Assembly: GCA_964291675.2 (NCBI GenBank)
Contig: OZ219866.1
Coordinates: forward strand, 2,304,001-2,368,000
Source of the DNA: Alphaproteobacteria bacterium
Lineage (GTDB): Bacteria; Pseudomonadota; Alphaproteobacteria; MPNO01
DNA: 64,000 nucleotides
Reading direction: 5' to 3'
The notes beneath the pieces were generated by a model. The model was not told the DNA's origin. It worked only from the letters and a program-made list of their open reading frames with translations, and did not search any database. This document shows, piece by piece, positions 57,523-64,000 of the stretch (the stretch's first letter is position 1; every line of letters begins with the position of its first letter). Made by a program: the position numbers and the translations under genes.

Positions 57523-58593
57523 ATGTTTCTGGAAAACTTCTGGTATGTCGCCGGCTTCCCCGACGAGTTCGCGGGCAAGCTCGTGGCGCGGACCTTTCTC
57601 GGTCAGGCCGTGGTGCTGTTCCGCGCCTCGGACGGCGCCGTGGTGGCGTTCGAGGATCGCTGCGCCCATCGCCGGCTTCCGCTGTCGCTGGGCCGGCTGG
57701 ACAACGACACGATCGAGTGCGGCTATCACGGGCTGGTCTACGACCGCACGGGGGCGTGCATCAAGGTGCCGGGCCAGGAGCGCATCCCGAGGGGCGCGCG
57801 GGTCCGGTCCTACCCCGTCGTCGACCGGCACGCCTATGTCTGGATCTGGATGGGCGACCCGGATCTGGCCGACGAGAGCACGATCCCGGATTTCAGCCGG
57901 CTGACCAACCCCAGCCTGGGGCGTCACCGGATCGCGCTGCACATCCTCGGCAATTACCAGCTTATCGTCGATAACCTGCTCGATCTCTCGCATTTGCCTT
58001 ACGTACACGGCACCACGACCGGAAATCCGCCCGTTTCCGAGGATGCGAAGGTGGCGAACGAGCGCCACGGCGACACGGTGCAGGTCAAGCGCTGGGCGAG
58101 GGACGTCCCGCCGTCGCGCACCTTCGCCGAGTTCGGCGAATACCGCGAGAATATCGACATGTGGACGATATCCCAGTTCCAGCCGCCCTCCTACATCCGG
58201 GTGAGCTACGGCTCGGTTCCCGCCAGCCGCGGCATACCCGAGGGCGGCCCTCCCGGCGACGCCATATGGCAGCCCGGGCATTGGGGCTTCCAGGTGTTTC
58301 ACGGCCTCACGCCGGAGACCGACGTGACCACGCACCAGTTCCGCTACATCCTGCACGAGAAGGGAGCGGCGGACGAAGCGGCGACGGCCGAGTTCTATCG
58401 CCAGAACGATCAGATCATCAACGAGGACCGGGTGATCTTCGAGGCCCAGCAGAAGGCGCTGTCGAGCGACCCGCACGGCGCTACCGCGGAGGATCTCAAG
58501 TCCGACGCGACCATCGTTGCCGATGGCGGGCTGGACCTGGCCCGGGCGATCAACACGTCGATCGCCCGGAAATCCAATGCGCCGCCTCGGTGA
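57523..58593 (+). CDS. VanA-like Rieske oxygenase subunit
   Basis: DRCAHR...CGYHG; DNLLDLSHLPYVH; ED..IFEAQQ. Confidence 0.9.
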   Translation: MFLENFWYVAGFPDEFAGKLVARTFLGQAVVLFRASDGAVVAFEDRCAHRRLPLSLGRLDNDTIECGYHGLVYDRTGACIKVPGQERIPRGARVRSYPVVDRHAYVWIWMGDPDLADESTIPDFSRLTNPSLGRHRIALHILGNYQLIVDNLLDLSHLPYVHGTTTGNPPVSEDAKVANERHGDTVQVKRWARDVPPSRTFAEFGEYRENIDMWTISQFQPPSYIRVSYGSVPASRGIPEGGPPGDAIWQPGHWGFQVFHGLTPETDVTTHQFRYILHEKGAADEAATAEFYRQNDQIINEDRVIFEAQQKALSSDPHGATAEDLKSDATIVADGGLDLARAINTSIARKSNAPPR

Positions 58594-58678
58594 GGCCGAA
58601 GACGGGCGTTCGATCGGTCCGGGTCGTCCGGGCCCGGCGCGAGTCCGGGTCCACGGCTGACCCGACGAGGAGGCGAGG

Positions 58679-59752
58679 ATGTTCCTGGAGGACAACTGGT
58701 ACGTCGCCGCCTGGTCCGACGAGGTGGGCCGGTCCCTGTTTCCCCGCACCCTGCTCGACCGGCCCGTCGTCATGTACCGGAAAGGCGACGGCACCGTGGT
58801 CGCGCTCGAGGACCGCTGCGCCCACCGCAAGCTTCCGCTCTCCGAGGGGCGGCTCGTCGGCGACCGGATCGAGTGCGGCTATCACGGGCTGGTCTATGAC
58901 GGCTCGGGCCGGTGCGTGCACGTGCCCGGACAGGTCCGGATCCCGCGCCGCGCGCGCACCCGCGCCTATCCGGTGGTCGAACGCGACCGGTTCATACTGA
59001 TCTGGATGGGCGACCCCGAGCGCGCGGACCCGGACAGGATCGTCAGCTTTCCGCGCCTGAGCGACCCGTCATGGGGATGCAGCAAGGTCCGGCTGTACGT
59101 GAAGGCGAACTACCTGCTGATCTTCGACAACCTGCTCGACCTCTCGCATGTCGCCTATGTCCACGACACGACGATCGGCAACGCTCCGGTCGCCGAGGAG
59201 GCCGCGATCGAGATCGAGCAGGACGGCAACGACGTCTGCGTGACGCGGGAGATGGTCGACGTCCCCGCCGCCCCCAACTACGCGCAGTTCGGACCCTACC
59301 AGGGTCGGTTCGACCGCTGGCAGGTCGGGAAGTACATCTACCCCTCGTATTTCTACATCAACAACGGATGCGCCGCGGCGAACAGCGGCAACGGCGACGG
59401 CTCCCGGCTCGACACCCCCGGCGAATGGGGGTTTCAGGTCTATCACGGCATCACCCCCGAGACGGAGCGCACGACACACCAGTTCTGGGTCATCGCCCAC
59501 GACCTGGAGATGATCGCGGAGCGGGATCGGCCGGAGTTCTACCGGCAGCATCACCAGGTCATCGGTGAGGATGTGGTCATGTACGAAGCGCAGCAGCACT
59601 CGCTCGACACCGATCCGGCCGGCGCGACGCCCTACGACGTGCAGAGCCGGGCGGCGATCGAGGCGGATACCGGGCTGACCATGGCCCGCAACATCATCAG
59701 GCGGTTGCACAAGAATATCGCAGCAAGAACCCACCCGGCGGACCCCGCATAG
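58679..59752 (+). CDS. VanA-like Rieske oxygenase subunit
   Basis: DRCAHR...CGYHG; DNLLDLSHVAYVH; ED..MYEAQQ. Confidence 0.9.
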   Translation: MFLEDNWYVAAWSDEVGRSLFPRTLLDRPVVMYRKGDGTVVALEDRCAHRKLPLSEGRLVGDRIECGYHGLVYDGSGRCVHVPGQVRIPRRARTRAYPVVERDRFILIWMGDPERADPDRIVSFPRLSDPSWGCSKVRLYVKANYLLIFDNLLDLSHVAYVHDTTIGNAPVAEEAAIEIEQDGNDVCVTREMVDVPAAPNYAQFGPYQGRFDRWQVGKYIYPSYFYINNGCAAANSGNGDGSRLDTPGEWGFQVYHGITPETERTTHQFWVIAHDLEMIAERDRPEFYRQHHQVIGEDVVMYEAQQHSLDTDPAGATPYDVQSRAAIEADTGLTMARNIIRRLHKNIAARTHPADPA

Positions 59753-59780
59753 GAACGCCGGGGCGACAGGAGGACGACCA

Positions 59781-60905
59781 ATGGCGAGAAATCCGAACAC
59801 GACGACCACGCGACGGGAGGTCATCAAGGGCGCCGGCGCCGGCGCGGCTACGGCGGTGCTGGGCGGTGCGATGGGGTTCCCGGCCCCGGCCATCGCCAAG
59901 AACAAGACGCTCGACTTCACGCTCTCGTGGCTGCCCACCGGCCAGTACGCCTATGTCACGCTGGCCAAGCAGATGTTCTGGAAGAAGCGCGGCCTCGATG
60001 TCAGCGTCAAGCGCGGCTACGGCTCGCTGGCGACCATCCAGGCGATGAACACCGGCAAGTTCGATGTCGGCGGCGCGGCGACCTCGACCGCGCTGCTCGG
60101 CATGTTCCGCGGCCTCGACCTCAGGTTCGTCGCCACCCACGCCTACGATTCGACGATGGGCTTCATCGTGCCGGCCGACGGGCCGATCAACACGCCCAAG
60201 GACTTCGAGGGCAAGAAGCTCGGCCTGGTGCCGACCAGCGGCGAGACGCCGTTCGTGCCGACCTATCTGAAGCTCGCCGGCGTGGACGAGAGCAAGATCC
60301 AGACGGTGGCGCTCGATTCCCAGCTCGTCGAGCAGGCCCTGCTCTCCGGCCGCGTCGACATCATCGTCGGCTTCGGGATGAGCTCGACGCCCAAGTTCAT
60401 CATGAAGGACTTCAAGGTGAAGCTCCTGCCGTTCTCCGGCGTGGGGCTGAAGTTCTACTGGGTGAACTCGCTGATCCGGCCCGACTTCCTGAAGAAGGAG
60501 CCGCAGGTCTGCGCCGATATCGTCGCCGGCCTGCTGGAGGGGCAGAAATTCGCCCTGCTCAACCCCGAAGAGGCCGTCGAACGCCATCTCAAGGAGTATC
60601 CGGAGATTGCCGCGCTGACCAAGGGCAAGCTCGATGTCGAGCTCGGCGTCAACATGATCAACGCCAATCTGATCACCGAGGAGACGATGAAGCACTCCCT
60701 CGGCTACACCGATCTCGACAAGATCCGCGAGCAGATCAAGCTGGTGCGCAAGTTCGTCGCCAAGAAGGAGGACCCGAGCCCGCCTCCCGTCGAGTCGTTC
60801 GTCTCCAACGACATGATCGGCAAGGTCACGCTGACGCCCGACGAGTGGAACGCGGCCAGGGAGAAGTCCAGGGCCTATGGCGCGATCCTGGGTCTGAAGG
60901 TCTAG
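59781..60905 (+). CDS. ABC substrate-binding protein (NMT1/SsuA/TauA-like), Tat-exported
   Basis: TRREVIKG Tat motif, PAIA cleavage site, LSWLP, RGYGS, PKDFEGKKLG. Confidence 0.85.
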   Translation: MARNPNTTTTRREVIKGAGAGAATAVLGGAMGFPAPAIAKNKTLDFTLSWLPTGQYAYVTLAKQMFWKKRGLDVSVKRGYGSLATIQAMNTGKFDVGGAATSTALLGMFRGLDLRFVATHAYDSTMGFIVPADGPINTPKDFEGKKLGLVPTSGETPFVPTYLKLAGVDESKIQTVALDSQLVEQALLSGRVDIIVGFGMSSTPKFIMKDFKVKLLPFSGVGLKFYWVNSLIRPDFLKKEPQVCADIVAGLLEGQKFALLNPEEAVERHLKEYPEIAALTKGKLDVELGVNMINANLITEETMKHSLGYTDLDKIREQIKLVRKFVAKKEDPSPPPVESFVSNDMIGKVTLTPDEWNAAREKSRAYGAILGLKV

Positions 60906-60933
60906 CCTGGCGGCTGGCGACCCCGGGGCCGGA

Positions 60934-61782
60934 ATGGCGCAAGATCGGATGACCGGGACTTCTTCCGGTCCCGGGGGCGAGCGCGATGCCGACATCGTTT
61001 GTCGGCAGGTGCGCAAGGTCTACAACGCCAACGGCAGGCCGCTGGAAGCCGTCCGCAACGCGGACTTCACGGTCGCCGACGGCGAGTTCGTGGCGCTGCT
61101 GGGGCCGAGCGGCTGCGGCAAGAGTACGCTCTTGATGATGATCGGGGGGATCGAGAGCATCACCGGCGGGGAGATCCATGCCGGCGGCGAGCCGGTGACG
61201 GGGCCCAGGCGGGAGTTCGGGATCATGCTCCAGGATCCCACCCTGCTGCCGTGGAAGTCGGCGATGGACAACGTGATGTTCCCGATCGACATGATGCGCC
61301 TGTCGCGCAGGCAGTACATGGACCGCGCGCTGGAGCTTCTCCGCACCATCGGGCTCGCCGGGTTCGAGAGGGCGAAGCCCAGGGAGCTGTCGGGCGGGAT
61401 GCGCCAGCGGGTCGCGATCTGCCGCGCGCTGATCAGCGACCCCCGGGTCCTGCTGATGGACGAGCCGTTCAGCGCGCTCGATGCGATGACGCGCGACGAG
61501 ATGAACATTTTGATGCTGGACCTCTGGGAGACCTACCGGAAGACGGCGATCTTCGTCACCCATTCCATCCGCGAGGCGGTGCTGCTCTCCGACCGCGTGC
61601 TGGTCATGCGCGACCGGCCGTCGACGATCATCAGCGACACCAGCATCCCGTTCCCGCGTCCGCGCAGCATCGGCCTCGGCGAGACCCGGGAGTTCAACGA
61701 GATCTGCGCCATGCTGCGCGAGCAGATCGAGGTGGCGCGCAGCGAGGGCGGCGGCGCGGCGGAGCACAGGGCGGCGTCGTGA
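60934..61782 (+). CDS. ABC ATP-binding protein (TauB/SsuB-like)
   Basis: GPSGCGKS, LSGGMRQR, LMDEPF, FVTH. Confidence 0.95.
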   Translation: MAQDRMTGTSSGPGGERDADIVCRQVRKVYNANGRPLEAVRNADFTVADGEFVALLGPSGCGKSTLLMMIGGIESITGGEIHAGGEPVTGPRREFGIMLQDPTLLPWKSAMDNVMFPIDMMRLSRRQYMDRALELLRTIGLAGFERAKPRELSGGMRQRVAICRALISDPRVLLMDEPFSALDAMTRDEMNILMLDLWETYRKTAIFVTHSIREAVLLSDRVLVMRDRPSTIISDTSIPFPRPRSIGLGETREFNEICAMLREQIEVARSEGGGAAEHRAAS

Positions 61783-62618
61783 AGGACCAGCCCCAGGTCC
61801 TGCCCGTCGAGGGCACCGTCATCGAGGGGCCGGGGCGCTATCGCCGGCGATTGACCGCGCTCTCCAGGCAGGCGCTGCTCGCGTCGGTCCTGCCGATCCT
61901 GACGGCGGCGATGGCCCTGCTGGCCTGGGAACTCCTGGTCCAGCAGAGCGGGATCGCGCACTCGATCCTGCCGCCGCCCAGCGCCATCTTCGACAAGCTG
62001 GTCGATTTTCTCGGGCTGCTGCTCAGGCACGCCGTACCCACCACCTACGAGACGCTGGTGGCGTTCGGGATCTCCATCCCGATCGGGATCGTGCTGGCGG
62101 CCATCATGATCTACTCGCCGCCGATCAACCGGGCGCTCTATGCGAATCTCGTCTTCTTCCAGCTCATTCCGAAGATCGCGCTGGCGCCCATGTTCATCGT
62201 CTGGCTGGGAATCGGCGCGGAGTCGCGGGTTGCGTTCTCCATCTTCATCAGTTTCTTCCCGATCCTGATCTCCACCGTCACCGGGCTGCAGGCGGTCGAT
62301 CGCGACATGCTCCGGCTCTGCAAGGCGGTGGGCGCAAGCGACTGGCAGGTCCTCATCCATGTCCGGTTCCCCTATTCGTTCCCCTACATATTCGCCGGCA
62401 TGAAGGTCGCGGTGACGCTTGCGATCATCGGCGTGGTGGTCGGCGAGTTCATCGCCTCGACCGAGGGTCTGGGCTATCTGATCCTGTTCGCGTCGTCGCG
62501 CCAGCAGACCGATCTCGGGCTCGCCGCGATCACGGTGCTGTGCGTCGTCGGGCTGATGTTCTACGCGCTCGTGGTGCTGAGCGAGATGGTCATCGAGAAA
62601 TTCTACGGCAGCCATTGA
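61779..62618 (+). CDS. ABC permease (TauC/SsuC-like)
   Basis: LPPPS, IPKIALAP, VVVGEF, GLGYLI; GTG start overlapping the ATPase stop. Confidence 0.9.
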   Translation: MKDQPQVLPVEGTVIEGPGRYRRRLTALSRQALLASVLPILTAAMALLAWELLVQQSGIAHSILPPPSAIFDKLVDFLGLLLRHAVPTTYETLVAFGISIPIGIVLAAIMIYSPPINRALYANLVFFQLIPKIALAPMFIVWLGIGAESRVAFSIFISFFPILISTVTGLQAVDRDMLRLCKAVGASDWQVLIHVRFPYSFPYIFAGMKVAVTLAIIGVVVGEFIASTEGLGYLILFASSRQQTDLGLAAITVLCVVGLMFYALVVLSEMVIEKFYGSH

Positions 62619-62663
62619 CCGGTCCGATGAGCCGAACGTCGAACCCCCGGAAGGGTTGAACCC

Positions 62664-63737
62664 ATGTTCGTCAGGAATTCCTGGTACGTGGCGGCGTGGT
62701 CGGACGAGCTTCGGGACACGCCGCTGGGCGTGGTCCTGCTGCGCGAGCCGGTCGTGCTGTTCAGGGACGCCGACGGCGCGCCGATCGCGCTGGAGGACCG
62801 TTGCGTGCACCGGCGCGTGCCGCTCTCCATGGGGACCGTCTCGGGCGATCGCATCCAGTGCACCTATCACGGCTTCGTCTACGACCGCACGGGCGCCTGC
62901 GTCACGATCCCCGGACAGTCTTCGATCCCGGCGGAGGCGCGGATAAGGAGCTACCCGGCGGTCGACCGCCATGGCTGCATCTTCGTCTGGACGGGAAGCC
63001 CGGAAAGGGCGGACGAGGCCCTGATCCCCGATTTCGGGACGCTCGGGAAGCCGGGCTACGGCGTGACCAGGAAGCATGTCAGGCTAAAAACCCACTACCA
63101 GCTCATCATCGACAACCTGCTGGACCTTTCGCACCTCGCCTATCTGCATGCGTCCAGCGTCGGGCAGGCGGAGCTCGCGGAGCTGGCGAAGGTAACGACC
63201 GAGGTCGAGGGCGATATCGTGAGGGTCTCGCGATGGACGCTCGACGTTCCCGCGGTGCGCACCTATCGGCAGTTCGGCCGCTACGAGACCAATATCGACC
63301 GCTGGCAGATCTCCGAGTTCAGGCCGCCCTGCTTCTTCATCATCGACAACGGCGCCGCATCGGCCGGAACCGGCGCTCCCGAGGGCAAGCCCGGGGAGAA
63401 CCGCTGGGGCTTCAACGTGTGCCACGGCATCACCCCGGAGACCGACGGGACGACGCATTACTTCTGGGCCCTGTCGCACGCGTTCGGCGATACCGAGGAC
63501 CGGCTGCGGGAGTTCTACCGCCAGCAGCACGCGGTGGTCGGGGAGGACATCGCCATCTTCGAGGCGCAGCAGAGATCCATCGACCTCGATCCGTCGGCCA
63601 GGACCGTCGATTTCAAATACGACGCCGGACCGCTCAGGGCCCGCGAGATCGTGGAGCGGCTGGTCGCCGAGGAGGCCGGCGAGGCGGAAGCGGGCGCGCG
63701 GTCCGCGTCCGTTGACGGTCCTGCGTCCCCGTCTTAG
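62664..63737 (+). CDS. VanA-like Rieske oxygenase subunit
   Basis: DRCVHR...CTYHG; DNLLDLSHLAYLH; ED..IFEAQQ. Confidence 0.9.
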   Translation: MFVRNSWYVAAWSDELRDTPLGVVLLREPVVLFRDADGAPIALEDRCVHRRVPLSMGTVSGDRIQCTYHGFVYDRTGACVTIPGQSSIPAEARIRSYPAVDRHGCIFVWTGSPERADEALIPDFGTLGKPGYGVTRKHVRLKTHYQLIIDNLLDLSHLAYLHASSVGQAELAELAKVTTEVEGDIVRVSRWTLDVPAVRTYRQFGRYETNIDRWQISEFRPPCFFIIDNGAASAGTGAPEGKPGENRWGFNVCHGITPETDGTTHYFWALSHAFGDTEDRLREFYRQQHAVVGEDIAIFEAQQRSIDLDPSARTVDFKYDAGPLRAREIVERLVAEEAGEAEAGARSASVDGPASPS

Positions 63738-63778
63738 CCTCGGCGAGTCGCTTCCACCCGGGTAGAGAGGAAATCCCG

Positions 63779-64000
63779 ATGGGCAACGCGCCTACCCTGT
63801 CCGAGCGCGCCGACGAGCTCGAGCACCGCCAGATGCGGGAGCTGGGCGAGCGCATCGTCGGCCAGTCCCTGATCTACAATCTCGCCCATGGCGAGCAGAG
63901 CCTGGGGGAGAACGCGTTCGGCGGGCGGATGCTGATGGGCGAGGACCCCCGCCTGCCGCCGCTGCCCGAAAAGCCCACATTGCTCGACTTCTTCCGCTGC
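63779..64000 (+). CDS. hypothetical protein, 5' end (runs off window)
   Basis: GAGAGG RBS; open frame MGNAPTLSERADELEHRQMRELG...GEDPRLPPLPEKPTLLDFFRC to the window edge. Not in the ORF track. Confidence 0.7.
   Translation, partial: MGNAPTLSERADELEHRQMRELGERIVGQSLIYNLAHGEQSLGENAFGGRMLMGEDPRLPPLPEKPTLLDFFRC

Overview
A very GC-rich (about 70% by eye) bacterial chromosomal window. Gene content and repeat style suggest an alphaproteobacterium, possibly Rhodospirillales-like and host- or sponge-associated; this is inference only. About 50 genes are present, mostly catabolic or transport: aprM and the 5' end of aprB, a VapBC-type toxin-antitoxin pair, a DUF1302-DUF1329-YCF48-RND uptake module opposite a single-chain hybrid two-component regulator, a large Calx-beta autotransporter-like adhesin with 756-bp internal repeats, a CoxMSL-like molybdo-hydroxylase, two ABC transporters, five Rieske oxygenase alpha subunits with no reductase in view, an alkylsulfatase and an orphan lpxA. 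The most striking observation is a complete group II intron (32434-34416). Its joined exons reconstitute the terminal inverted repeat of a 267-bp highly folded MITE-like element, and an intact, intron-free copy of that element lies at 47321-47587, so the intron appears to have homed into a non-autonomous repeat. Other points of interest are a three-domain Rid/YjgF gene split exactly at a G_GGA_AAC slippery heptamer, a Rieske oxygenase whose first iron-ligand His codon reads Pro, and two families of REP-like palindromes. No rRNA, tRNA or CRISPR array was seen. All calls come from motif recognition by eye; no database searches were run.
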